From Eledone cirrhosa (lineage: Eukaryota), in contig OZ024742.1 in assembly GCA_964016885.1 (NCBI GenBank), forward strand, positions 131,874,001 through 131,938,000: a stretch of 64,000 nt of DNA, in the 5' to 3' direction. A program made the translations under genes and the position numbers. Positions within the stretch are counted from its first letter, which is position 1. Each line of letters starts with the position of its first letter. Below are positions 12,864 through 25,149 of the stretch, one piece after another. The notes below the pieces were generated by a model. It did no database searches. It saw only the letters and a program-made list of their open reading frames with translations, and was not told the origin of the DNA.

Positions 12864-15120
12864 TCATCATCATCATCATCATCCACGTTTAACGTCCGTG
12901 TTCCACGCTTGCATGGGTTTGGACGGGGGTATTCCCACTTGAGGCAAGAGTGATTGTCTTGCTCGCATAGGACTGTCTGGCAGGTTTTCTACAGTTGGAT
13001 GCCCTTCCTAACACCAACCACATTTACAGTGTGGGTCTGGGAGGTTTTTACCGTGTTGCCTACACGGCCACATTACAGCGTGGACTGTGTGTTTTTTTGT
13101 CGTGACACCTACACGATCTCATTTGTTTCGGCCTGGATGGCGCGGCACCAACATCACTTTACATAGAACGGGGTGGTGTGGATGGGGTGGGGGTGGTGGG
13201 ACGGGGTGTACTTTGTTAGAGATGTCTACTGGCTGTAGTAGGTTTTACTATGTATTTAGGTAAGCCGGGTCTTCTCTGTTACTGAGTACCGCCAAAGGTC
13301 TCGGTCCAGTGACTTTGTCTTGGAGAGGTGTAAGTGTGTGAGGTCGGAGTTTATCAGCTCGTCCCAGGTTTTTCTAGGTCTGCCTATTCCGTGGCTACCG
13401 TCTATCTTTATTGCGCTGCACTTTGTTATACAGCTATCGACTTTCATGCGCATCACGTGTCCATACCAACGTAGCCTTCTCTCGAGTAAACAACATCTGA
13501 TCGCTCTTATTTCTAATTTGTTCCTTAGTTCGTTTATGCTTTGCCGTTCACGTATATTACTGTTACACATCCAGCGGAACATGCAAGCTTCGTTCCTCTC
13601 TAGTCTGCGTATATCCTCTGCACACAATGCCCAGGTCTCACTGCCATGCAACATTGCTGTTCGTATGCAGGCATCATACAACCTGCCTTTCATTTTTAGG
13701 GAGAACCCTTTAGCAGCTAATAGTGGTATAAGCTCTCTGAACTTTTTCCAACCAGTTCTGACTCTAGCTACTGTACTTTCAGAGCACCCTCCCCCACTGC
13801 TGATTTTGTCGCCCAGGTAACGGAAGCTGTCCACTATTTCTATAGAACCCTCTGCGCAATTGAAAGAGCTAGTATTTTGTGGGAACTTGCTGCTACTTAT
13901 TGCACCAGAGCACCGGCCACATGTAAAATCTATGTTCTTAGTTAGCTTACCTGTGATTCCACTACATCTTTTATGCACCCATACTTTGCATTTGGGACAT
14001 ACAATGGAGTTTCTACCTACGCCTTTCCTACACACTGAGCATGGCCATTTCCCAGAAGGGACCGCCGCCTTATTTTCTTTCCTACAAACTAGAACTTTAG
14101 TCTTAGCCAGGTTAATTTTAAGTCCTTTTGATTCTAGGCCGTGCTTCCATGTTTGGAATTTCTTGTCTAGCTCGGCCATTGATTCAGCTATGAGTGTCAG
14201 GTCGTCTGCGTATAGGAGTTCCCATGGGCAGCCGGTCTTGAACTCCTCTGTTATAGCCTGAAGGGCAATAATAAATAGTAGGGGGCTGAGAACAGAGCCC
14301 TGATGGACGCCAAGTTTTACGCTAAACTCTTCACTATATTCGTTGTTAATTCTAACCTTGCTGACTGTTTCTTTATACATGGCTTGTATAGCTCTCACAA
14401 ACCATTCGTCAACCCTTAGTTTTCTAAGAGCCCACCAGATAACGGAACGGGGGACTCTGTCGAAGGCTTTCTCCAAGTCGACAAAAGCTAAATAGAGGGG
14501 TTTACCTTTAGCTAGGTACTTCTCCTGTAGTAGTCGTACAATGAAAAGAGCGTCTGTGGTACTTTTGCCTGACACAAACCCGAAATGCATTTCATCTAGG
14601 TCAATTCTCTCTCTGATTAGTTGCGCTATTACTTTTTCCGTGACCTTCATGACCTGGTCGATTAATTTAATGCCTCTATAGTTACTCCTATCTAGGGCAT
14701 CTCCTTTACCCTTATAACAGTTAACGATGCTGCTGCTATGCCAGTCCTTCGGAACAACCCCATTCTGTACGACTTGGTTAACTATGCGGGTGACCATGGT
14801 GTGTCCCACCGTGCCAGATGCCTTCAGCATCTCAGCAACTATTTCCGAAGGCCCAGCCGCCTTACCCGTCTTCATATCCTTGATTGCCTTACTTATTATA
14901 CTCCCCTCGACTAACACTGCTGGTCCCTCTATTGGGTCGATGTGGGGGGATACTGTCTTTCTCCCATTTATTCTCCTCATTTAGTAGCCTTTCATAGTGA
15001 CACTTCCAAGCTACCTGCTTATCAGCGTCGGTGATGGCAAGTACGCCGTCATCATTAAGTACACACTTCTCCCCGACAATATCACGGTTTTCCTTGACGC
15101 ATTGCCTAGCAATCCTGAAC
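12864..15120 (-). mobile_element. 5'-truncated RTE-clade LINE with 3' UTR and (GAT)n tail
   Basis: RT ORF; approx. 390-bp 3' UTR; (TCA)n on the plus strand at 12864-12883; 5' end abuts (TA)n. Confidence 0.93.
13256..14980 (-). CDS. RTE non-LTR reverse transcriptase with PHD-like Cys/His finger; upstream part continues to about 15120 through one frameshift near 14945
   Basis: Motifs KGKGD-NYRGIKL, FVDLEKAFDRV, GVHQGSVLSPLLF, LLYADDL, FRYLG, RRLRWYGHV, GRPRKTW; insert CSVC...CPKC.WVHKRC...CGRC; no endonuclease domain. Confidence 0.93.
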   Translation of the reverse strand: MRRINGRKTVSPHIDPIEGPAVLVEGSIISKAIKDMKTGKAAGPSEIVAEMLKASGTVGHTMVTRIVNQVVQNGVVPKDWHSSSIVNCYKGKGDALDRSNYRGIKLIDQVMKVTEKVIAQLIRERIDLDEMHFGFVSGKSTTDALFIVRLLQEKYLAKGKPLYLAFVDLEKAFDRVPRSVIWWALRKLRVDEWFVRAIQAMYKETVSKVRINNEYSEEFSVKLGVHQGSVLSPLLFIIALQAITEEFKTGCPWELLYADDLTLIAESMAELDKKFQTWKHGLESKGLKINLAKTKVLVCRKENKAAVPSGKWPCSVCRKGVGRNSIVCPKCKVWVHKRCSGITGKLTKNIDFTCGRCSGAISSSKFPQNTSSFNCAEGSIEIVDSFRYLGDKISSGGGCSESTVARVRTGWKKFRELIPLLAAKGFSLKMKGRLYDACIRTAMLHGSETWALCAEDIRRLERNEACMFRWMCNSNIRERQSINELRNKLEIRAIRCCLLERRLRWYGHVMRMKVDSCITKCSAIKIDGSHGIGRPRKTWDELINSDLTHLHLSKTKSLDRDLWRYSVTEKTRLT

Positions 15121-15140
15121 ATATATATATATATATAATG

Positions 15141-15235
<95 letters not shown>

Positions 15236-15304
15236 GTAATAACATATAGTAATAATAATAAATGTGAAAACTAAAATCCAAAGAGGGCTCGATAAAGATA
15301 AATG

Positions 15305-15709
15305 TTACTCCGGAGTAATGTAAAATAAGTAAGTCAAACATGTTAAATTTTGCTTCGTTTATTATAAATTCTCTGCCATATATATTTCAGTTCCGCGGAG
15401 GACTAACAATAGACCCAGGAGCTGGACATATCAATGAATTGACAGAGTGTAACACATTTCAACAACATGTTTACTCGTCTTTTCTACATTAATTCGTACT
15501 GCCTAAAGAGGTCACAGCCAATAATAGCTGTCATTGAAATATATATACCAGAGAATTTATAATAAACGAAGCCAAATTTAACATGTTTGACTTACTTATT
15601 TTTCATTACTCCGGAGTAAACAAACCAACCTGTGGACTTCATCGAGTGCTCCAATCTGTATACTGAGGTGTCGGTAAACTACCAACATATAGTCAACATT
15701 TGTGTATAT

Positions 15710-15715
<6 letters not shown>
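15305..15715 (+). mobile_element. Fold-back module with degenerate hammerhead and bulged stem-loop
   Basis: 85-bp inverted arms 15305-15389/15535-15619; CTGC-CTAAAGA...GAAA-TATATA-TA-CCAG at 15499-15551; TACTC-C-GGAG...CTTC-ATC-GAGTG at about 15607-15648. Confidence 0.75.
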
Positions 15716-15740
<25 letters not shown>

Positions 15741-16423
15741 GAAAGCAAATGGATTAGGTAAATATTTAAATTATATTTTTTAATTTATTTTGAGAAATTG
15801 TTTGAATTTTACTTGCTCCGCTTATCTCAATTTTATATTTCTGGTATGTCAAATTAATACCATAGAACACCACTGTATCATAGATACCCTATATATTTAC
15901 AGGGGTACTTAGTACGTGTGGGGATATTAATCTCCTTCTATATTTACTCCGTATGTTGAGAAAAAATCTGTTGTTTCATTTAGCTGCTATTTTTAGTGGC
16001 GTGATAGACAACACGTCTATGTTTACTTCCTGCTTCTACTAAGGGCTGGTTCATGCATAGGTCAACTTTACAGCCTCATTCGATCCTGTGCCAGCTGGCA
16101 GGTCGCAATATATTTTGCCGTTCTTGGGACTTCTGTACTAGGAAAGGAAAATGCTCTCTGACGATCCGAACATTTTCATTGGAGGTCACTAGGATCTCCA
16201 ATCTTTTGTAAGCTGAAACCGTCGGTACGTAACAGCAAATGGATTAGGTAAATATTTAAATTATAATTTTTAATTTATTTTGAGAAATTGTTTGAATTTT
16301 ACTTGCTCCGCTTATCTCAATTTCATAGTTCTGGTATATCAAATTAATACCATAGAACACCACTGTATCATAGACACCCTATATATTTCCAGGGATAGTT
16401 AGTACCTGTGGGGATATTAATCT

Positions 16424-16430
<7 letters not shown>
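15741..16430 (+). mobile_element. (TA)n-flanked partial-tandem module (approx. 200-bp direct repeats, period about 490) with a hammerhead-like motif just before the second repeat
   Basis: Repeats about 15744-15940/16234-16430; CTGACGA 16158-16164; GAAA-CCGTCGG-TA 16215-16227; stem I imperfect. Confidence 0.72.
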
Positions 16431-16464
<34 letters not shown>

Positions 16465-16484
16465 TATATATATATATATATATA

Positions 16485-16520
<36 letters not shown>

Positions 16521-16678
16521 TATATATATATATATATATATAATTATATATATATATATATAATTATATATATATATATATATATATAATTATATATATA
16601 TATATATAATTATATATATATATATATATATATAATTATATATATATATATATATATAATTATATATATATATATATA

Positions 16679-16716
<38 letters not shown>

Positions 16717-16738
16717 TATATATATATATATATATATA

Positions 16739-16808
<70 letters not shown>

Positions 16809-16899
16809 TATATATATATATATATATATATAATTATATATATATATATATATATATAATTATATATATATATATATATATATATAATTATATATATAT
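16430..16899. repeat. Higher-order microsatellite [(TA)n-ATTA]m
   Basis: (TA)n interrupted by AATT roughly every 20-30 bp. Confidence 0.95.
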
Positions 16900-17339
16900 G
16901 GGAGTACTCAATGCATGGGGAGATGCAGAGTGGGTATACAAACATGGAAAATCCCGACCGCCGGATATATATATACAAAGATTTATGTTGGCAAGATAAT
17001 TGAAAACTCAGTGTATTTTTACGATATATATACTATATATGTGTATATATGTGTGTTGATGTACATACACGCATATAAAAGAAACTCAGTCACTCACGCA
17101 AGTCGTACGTTCGTTTTTGTGAGTGTATGACAGCCTTTTAGAGTCGATATTTAAGATATAAAAGTAATTTAAAAAATAAACTTTTATAACATATGGCAGT
17201 TTAAATTACAATACCTTATTTATCAGGACTCTTTCTACAGCCATGAAACATTGTAGATCATATTTAAGATAATTGCTTTATAGTTAAATAAAATAATTTG
17301 GGTAATAAATGATCTAAATATATTATATGTATTTAATTA

Positions 17340-17985
17340 TAAGGGTCTCTACAACAACAACAACGGTACGCGATAGGGCCCACCCACAGCCCCGGCGGAC
17401 AGAATAGAGAAGGCGTTTCCCCGGAGGAAGGCGAGGGAGATGCGCTGGAAGAGCCGCTCCAACTCGCAGGGCTCACACCTGCGGCTGGCCAGCTCAGCGC
17501 CAATGGTGTTGAGTAAGGAAGTGGCCCTGGAGACGAGGACACTAGAACTATCCACTGCCAGGGGTACGACCGCAAACCTGTCGGAGTGCGACCGGTATTG
17601 AGGAGTTTGGCCCCTTCAGCCCGACGTGCAGCAGAACCTGAGTCAGTCGCAGACTGCACCAGATTGCGGTTACAGAAAGTGTCGGTGCAAATGCCATCCT
17701 AGACGAGGGGTTTGCCACCACGTAACGGGAAGATGGTCATACCATCTGGCCTTTTGCCATCCCCTCGATCCGGCTCGAGCTGGCAAGGGAAGCCTGCAGC
17801 GTCCAAGCCATGCTTAATAACATCGTTGAGGACACCATGGCGTGGAATGCGGCCGGCACTGTGGCGACAGGAAAGCATGTGGAGGCCGAAAGAGTCCACG
17901 TTGGAACCTCAGCGACATTGGTGTGGCTGGCAGATCCGGAGCCGAGGCCTCAGGAAATGCCGATGCACTGTTGACTAAAATGTTG
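17340..17985 (-). mobile_element. CRE-type non-LTR retrotransposon C-terminus (Zn knuckle + restriction-like endonuclease), disrupted
   Basis: ICQPHQCR*GSNVDSFGLHMLSC, RH..LND.I, EP..R.DGKRPDG.T, LV*D..CTDT, LFQRISLAFLRGNA; contains stops and frameshifts. Confidence 0.82.
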
Positions 17986-18420
17986 ATGGTGTTGTTCGAC
18001 CTGAAATCAGTAAAATACGAAATGAGAAAATTGTAGGACGGTAATATATAATCATATAATCAATTTAATTCATAACAGGAATACATTTTGATCATTTTTG
18101 TTATGAGTGCCCCAAAGTTAATTTTATTATTTTCTCAATCGAACTATGGAAGCATCCACTTTCAGGCAAATATAAGTATTCTCCCTTCCCTATGTGCTAA
18201 AGTTGCGTAGAAATAATTTTCCAATCAATGGCACTTAAACGATTCATAATTTTTACTGATTGATATGTCACAAACTATCTTATCGTCACGTTATTAACTT
18301 ACGACACCACGGATATAAGCATCTCTGTCTTTAACACTCTTTCGCAATATATATATATACATATATATATTTATATATATATATATATATTACATATACA
18401 TATATATATATATATTACAT

Positions 18421-18498
<78 letters not shown>

Positions 18499-18510
18499 GT
18501 ATATATATAT

Positions 18511-18567
<57 letters not shown>

Positions 18568-18568
18568 A

Positions 18569-18603
<35 letters not shown>

Positions 18604-18768
18604 CATTATATATATATATAAATAGTATATATATATAAATATTATTATATTATATATATATATATATAATATATATATATACAGTATTTACGTATCGAGT
18701 GAGAGAAACAAAAGGAGAGGATAGGTGATACATATAGTTATTTGCCAAGTAGCGTATGCCAAAGGTGC

Positions 18769-18860
<92 letters not shown>

Positions 18861-18911
18861 TATAAATTTATTTATATATTTATAAATTTAATTATATATA
18901 TATATATTTTT

Positions 18912-18959
<48 letters not shown>

Positions 18960-18962
18960 GGA

Positions 18963-19018
<56 letters not shown>

Positions 19019-19239
19019 AGTATTCAAGAAGTTTGTACTAATTTCTTGGTAATCATCTTATCTACTTGAGATTTATTACAAATTACCAATCGTTATTTAG
19101 CAATCATATAACGCCCCGGGGACACAACAATAAGTCGAAATTGTTTTTCGTACAACATTTAGAGCACCAGCCTAAATTTATATACAAATACACAGACATA
19201 CTTATATGCATGTATGTACACACACATAAATACATTTCA

Positions 19240-20045
19240 ATCGAGGGTAAAATTCCCGAGATCCATGGACGAGTTCTCTCCAGCGGTCTCTGTCCCTATT
19301 TATCGCTGCAATGTCGTGCGTTTTCAACAGACCAGTGTCTGTCCTTACGGCATCAACATACGTTAACCTTGGTCTTCCTCTTCCAGTATGTCCATGTAGG
19401 GGCTCCCACAGGAGCATGAGTGCAATGTCAACTCTGGATGTCGGTGAACATGTCCAGCTAACCTCAGTCTCCTCTGTGTCACGTTTGAGCTGAATTTTGG
19501 GAGGCACCCATAGAGCTCTGAGTTTTTAATCGTCAGTGTATACTGATTAATGTTCAGAGCCATCCTCAGCATTCTCGTGTAGCACCCATCCTCCATCTGA
19601 GTGAGTTTCTTGGTTAGTGTCCAAGTCTCAGACCCGTACAGCAGCTCCGACTCCACTACAGCAATGAAGAGGCGGATTATCAGGTCTTTACGAAGGTCCG
19701 ACTTCCACACCGATCTCAAGCTGTGGCACATCATCTTCTGTATTCCCAATCTTTGCTCCCAAATACAGGAAGTCCTCAACCAATTCTAGCGGCTTCCCGC
19801 CTACATTAGTGATCCCCTCTGGCTTCACAACATTCTCTACCAGATATTTTGTTTTAGTCTCATTCATTCTCAACCTCCTGCATCAAATCCTCTGCCTCCT
19901 TCACTGTATTTGTCACCAAAACCATGTCGTCGGCAAATTTATCATCTGGTATATTTTTCGCCTTAACTCTCCTGCTCTGAGCCGGTGCTACAGTAAAGCC
20001 AGAGTCCTGGTGTTTCTCCTGGGTATGACATTAAACTACATCCAG
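19240..20045 (-). mobile_element. Degenerate RTE-type LINE, 3' half of RT ORF
   Basis: ADDMVL, VEDFLYLG, LLYGSETWTL, RRLRLAGHV, GRGRPRLTY spread over several frames. Confidence 0.87.
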
Positions 20046-20273
20046 TAGCAAGGCTCCAGTGCCTGGATTTCAGCAGCTGTGAGGAATGTGGAGTTACCCC
20101 TTAGTTGTCATAACTGCCAGGTCTACTCTGGCCCGAAATAGAAGTACCTGTTAGGGCCCCATTTATGGGTTAAATAACTACCTTATTCAAGTGGCGCCGG
20201 TAAGGTATTGTCAGCCATTGAAAATAAATATGGAGAGTCGATCTAACAGCACTGGAGAAACATAAATACATAT

Positions 20274-20309
<36 letters not shown>

Positions 20310-20311
20310 GT

Positions 20312-20740
20312 ATAATATATAAGATCAAAAGATGGTTAAAGGAGTTCCATGTATTTTATTATGCGCATTTCAAAAACAAACATCATCATGCAATAATATT
20401 TGTGTTTTCATCAGATAAAACAGGAGAACATGATATGAAGGCTAAAAAACACTTGTGGATAGTGCAGTTTTAAATCAACATATGTTGATTTAAAACTGCA
20501 CTATCCACAAGTGTTTTTTAGCCTTCATATCATGTTCTCCTGTTTTATCTGATGAAAACACAAATATTATTGCATGATGATGTTTGTTTTTGAAATGCGC
20601 ATAATAAAATACATGGAACTCCTGTAACCATCTTTTGATCTTATATATTATGTATACTCCAGTCCTACAAACTGTAGAGTGCTTCTTATCCGATATCTGC
20701 ATTGCTTTATTGTACTACAATAAAACTCACCTCCTACATT
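20312..20740 (+). mobile_element. (TA)n-flanked module: spacerless 340-bp palindrome with two mirror hammerheads plus a bulged stem-loop tail
   Basis: Arms 20312-20481/20482-20651, centre CAACAT|ATGTTG, one mismatch seen; tail TACTC-CAG...CTG-TA-GAGTG at about 20655-20681. Confidence 0.88.
20541..20611 (+). ncRNA. Type I hammerhead ribozyme (mirror copy on minus strand at 20352-20422)
   Basis: Stem I TGTTTTAT/ATAAAATA; CTGATGA 20549-20555; stem II AAACACAAATAT/ATGTTTGTTTT; GAAA 20592-20595; palindromic stem III TGCGCA; AUA triplet. Confidence 0.88.
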
Positions 20741-20743
20741 ATA

Positions 20744-20821
<78 letters not shown>

Positions 20822-21314
20822 TAATATTTAAAAATTTGTTCTCTATGATTTCGTTCTATAATTCATTACGGTTGAGTAAAATTTCAGCGGTAACTAACAA
20901 TGAATTTACTTGCCCCCGGTCAAACCTTCGCAACAATTCTATCTTGACCGCTAGCCCCGTGATTATTTTCACTCCTGTTGAATTCGTTACAAACGGTGAT
21001 CACTGAAATGTCGGTCCTAACTGAGAGAGTCTCTTGATAAACTCGAAACCTCATGGATAATGCAACGATTAGACATTTCCGCAAAGTACGAGCGAAAACT
21101 TTCATTTTAAACTTTTAATTCCTACATTTTAATTCCTACATTTTAATTTCAGCGCATCGGTAGGAGTTCTCCTACATGGATATAAATAGTGGCCGTACTC
21201 GAAAACGAGTTGGCATCCACCATGTATGTATGTATGTATGTATGTATGTATGTATGTATGTATGTATGTATGTATGTATGTATGCATGTATGTATGTATG
21301 AATGTTTTTTGTGG

Positions 21315-23140
21315 AGCTAGATACCCCTAGTCTTTATTATGACACCTCTCTAGGAGAAGGTCACTCTTATATAAAACCTGTGACTTCGTTTGCATCCAAT
21401 GATGTGCACCAGTTTTGCTTTTTGTGTAAATGCATTCGATGTTCAGAGAGTGGGATTGTCCACGAGCATAGCTTATCCTTACTTAAAAAAGCTTCAACCT
21501 CAGGCAACGCTTGATATGTGACATTTTTTTGAGAAGCACGGTATTGCTGGCCATAGTCAAGTCCCTAGCAGGACAAAAAGGCCACGTCCGTGATGCTCAT
21601 ACTTAAGTATCAACCGATGGCATGACTCGAAATCGAGTTGCAGCCACCATCTATATAAGTATGTATGTATTAATCTGATCTGTATGCATGCACGTACGTG
21701 TGTATATATATATATATATATATACACACACATACATGTATAATACTCTGTATGTATTTAAATACGCATATGTATACGTATTTGATGCATCTGTGTATAT
21801 ATACTTATACCAATTATTATTGTGTTCGGGTAAGGCTTTATCATAGGCATGTATATTTATACTTAGACCGGTTTCTCCATTCTCACAATTACTTACAATT
21901 CAATTCGATATTAATTAATCATCTGAGCAGGTGGAAACTGGCTACTTCTCAGCTTGGAGTTCCGCAAACATTTGATACTTCGAAGTATTGTTATAACAGT
22001 TGAATATACGTCATCCGACGAAGAAGGTACATTGATTTCCGCCCAAACTCGCACAATTTACCGAACACCAATAATGTGCTTTCAAGTGATTGTTAAACAG
22101 TTAATGAAGCATAGATCATTTTCAAGAGTCTTTACCTTCATCATCATCCTATCGTCTACTAGCAGTAGTTGTCTGTCTTTGTTACATTTATTGAAATGTT
22201 ATAATAATAATTCGTGTGCAAACAGACCCACCTCTCTGTCCTCTAGTTTCTCTTTATTTTCTCCTTTCTTTCCTTTTTTTATTCATTAGTCAGCTTGAAA
22301 CAAGTCCTCGGCAACAAGAGTAAAACGCCATTTTGTAATGATGTTTGCAATGTTTGTTAATAATTGATGAAGAGCGAAGTGAAAAGGGAGTCATACCAGG
22401 TCATACACACACAATACAGTGAAGTATACACCAACACACACCCGACAACACTGATAAGCAAACACACACGACCACACGTTTATACATATGTGTCTGTGTG
22501 TTTCTCTCTATATGTATATATGTGTGTGAATGTACGTGTGTATTAATATGTAAGTATACATACGTGTTTCTATATCTGTGTATATATATATATATATATA
22601 TGATGGCTGCAATTCGATTTCGAGTAATGCCATCACTTGATACTTAAGCAGGGACGTGGCATTTTAGTCTTGCTAGGGACTTGTCTATGGACAACAATAC
22701 CATGCATCGCAAAAAATATATCATATATCAAGCGATGCTGTGCTTGAAGCATTTTTTAATTTGCTAAAAGGTTTGCATGCGGCCAATCCCACTCTATGAA
22801 TATTGAGTGCATTTAACCAAAAAGAAGAACTGGTCTTCATCATTGGATGCAAACGAAGTCGCAGGTTTTATATAAGAGTGACCTTCTCCTAGAGAGATGT
22901 CTCAATAAAAACTAGGTTTTCTCGCTCCACATAAAAAATAAAATATTTATTGGATAGCCTTTGACTCACAAGAGTGCTTCCGCCCTTTGACGGGTTTTGT
23001 TCTTCATGCCGTAATGTCTCCCAAAATGCCCTACTGACCAACAAACTTGGTAGGGTTGCCAGTTTAGTCGGCGACAACCCGACCATACACAGATTGTACT
23101 GCGTTACATGTTACCAGAAGCGCTGATGGGCAATCTGACA
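21315..23140. mobile_element. Two diverged, inverted copies of a non-coding retroposon (21315-21652 plus; 22602-23140 minus)
   Basis: About 330 bp of mutual reverse-complement similarity; hairpin tail ACTCGAAATCGAGTTGCAGCCACCAT; a third similar tail at 21190-21225 is followed by (ATGT)n. Confidence 0.7.
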
Positions 23141-23142
23141 AT

Positions 23143-23235
<93 letters not shown>

Positions 23236-23383
23236 CATAGATACATACTCGCACATATATATATACACACCCGCCATATATATATACTATAGGTTTTTTT
23301 ATATATTTGATATATATATTATCCTTATCGAGCCCTTTTCGGATTTTAGAATCACGTTTATTATTATTACTATATATATATAT

Positions 23384-23429
<46 letters not shown>

Positions 23430-23914
23430 CATAATTATTTAGTTTGGTGCGCTATTCTGGTCACTGGTTTATGTTAATATCTGTAAGCATTTGTTTATCC
23501 ATTTATATATCGGGATAAATTATGTATCCTTATAATATCTTATCTCACAGGCTCTCCCTCTCTCTGTTTCTATATCTCGTCTCTAACAGATTTTCACTGA
23601 TTGGAAAAAAGTGCCTCATGAATTTTTCCAAGTGTATTTTGCATTATAAAGATATTCTGTCTCTTTCTAAGATACCGTCGATGAACTTCGAATATTTTAG
23701 CCCATAAAAGCATACTGCCATTCTGTTTAAATGTGAGATCTCCTTTGATGTTTAAGTGAGATCTTGTCTTTTTCTCATAAGATTCCTCCCGCATTTAATA
23801 TTCTGTTTGATTTGTTTGATTTGTTGATATATGTCATTATATAATTTTACTGGCTTCATTAATTAGACGACGGCTATTTAATGGAATTATGGGATTATAT
23901 CATGCAAGGTAAGC

Positions 23915-24065
23915 CGTCGAATTGGCAGAGAGTTTAGAAGGTCGGATAAAGTGTTGGGCGGTATTTATTCTAGCTCACTGCTCTCTGAGTTCCAATAATG
24001 CTGAAGTCAACTTTGGCTTTCATCCTTTCGAGCTCGATAAATAAATACTAGTCTAGTACTTGAGA
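23915..24065 (+). mobile_element. Older family-A-like SINE
   Basis: GTCAACTTTGGCTTTCATCCTTTCGAGCTCGATAAA core. Confidence 0.7.
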
Positions 24066-24572
24066 TCCGTACTTCCCATACGTCTCTTTTACCCTTACTC
24101 TCTCTCACTTTCTATCCTTCTCTGGAGGAAATCTACTGTATTAAGTCTTCGGGAGTGAAGGACTCCGCCCGGCCTAACATGCCCAAAACACGGCGTATGA
24201 CAATACGGTGTCCGTACGAGTCCACCAGCAGTTACCAACCCATTCAAATCATCATGGTAGGTACTTATTTTATCGCTTTTCAACAGTCGGATTGCTAAAG
24301 AGCAAAAGTAACGGACACACAGTTGCACACATACAAATTGCTGCGCGTACAGATTTGTATTTACGATAGACTTCCTCGTAATTTCTGTTCCCACATTGCA
24401 CTGAAAATATTGGACAAACTGGTCCACAAGCTTCCATGTAATGTCACTGTACAACGAATTCCCGTGGCTTTAAACGAAGTTCATCCATTCTTCCTCCTAT
24501 ACAAACATTGACGCATACATACACACACGAAAACACACACCACACACATACACACACACACATATGTATATG

Positions 24573-24626
<54 letters not shown>

Positions 24627-25082
24627 ATGTGTGTGTGTAATGTGCGTTTGGGTTTATGTTTGTGTATGTATGCTTGCACTTGTACTTGTACTCAGCTTTT
24701 AGAGTGCAAGGCTGTTAAGCCAAAATCTAACTCGGCGCATGGGTAAAATATAGATCAAGAATATAGGTGTATGTTTGAAATAAGTATTCCTTACGATTAA
24801 TTAAAACATTCGATGGTAGTTATGAATCATGGCGGTAGTCAAATAATCGAGACCAGTAAAAATAATAAAGAGAAATAAATAGATATATAAGTATAGTTAT
24901 AAATAATGAACTATACTATGATGGTAGTTATATGTAAGACATACACGAAGATAGGATGTGATTGATGGAAATGATAAGTACTCAAACAATTAAGCTCCTC
25001 TCATACGTATTTCTCTTGCTTGTATCATAACACGATAAGAATCATGTTAGAACTTAAAAGAAAATACGAAGACAAAAAGCAA

Positions 25083-25114
<32 letters not shown>

Positions 25115-25149
25115 ACGCACACGCACACACACACACACATATATATATA

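Noticed and set aside
13320-14984. Plus-strand ORFs of 85-166 aa overlapping the RTE ORF
   Set aside because: Antisense shadows of the RT coding frame
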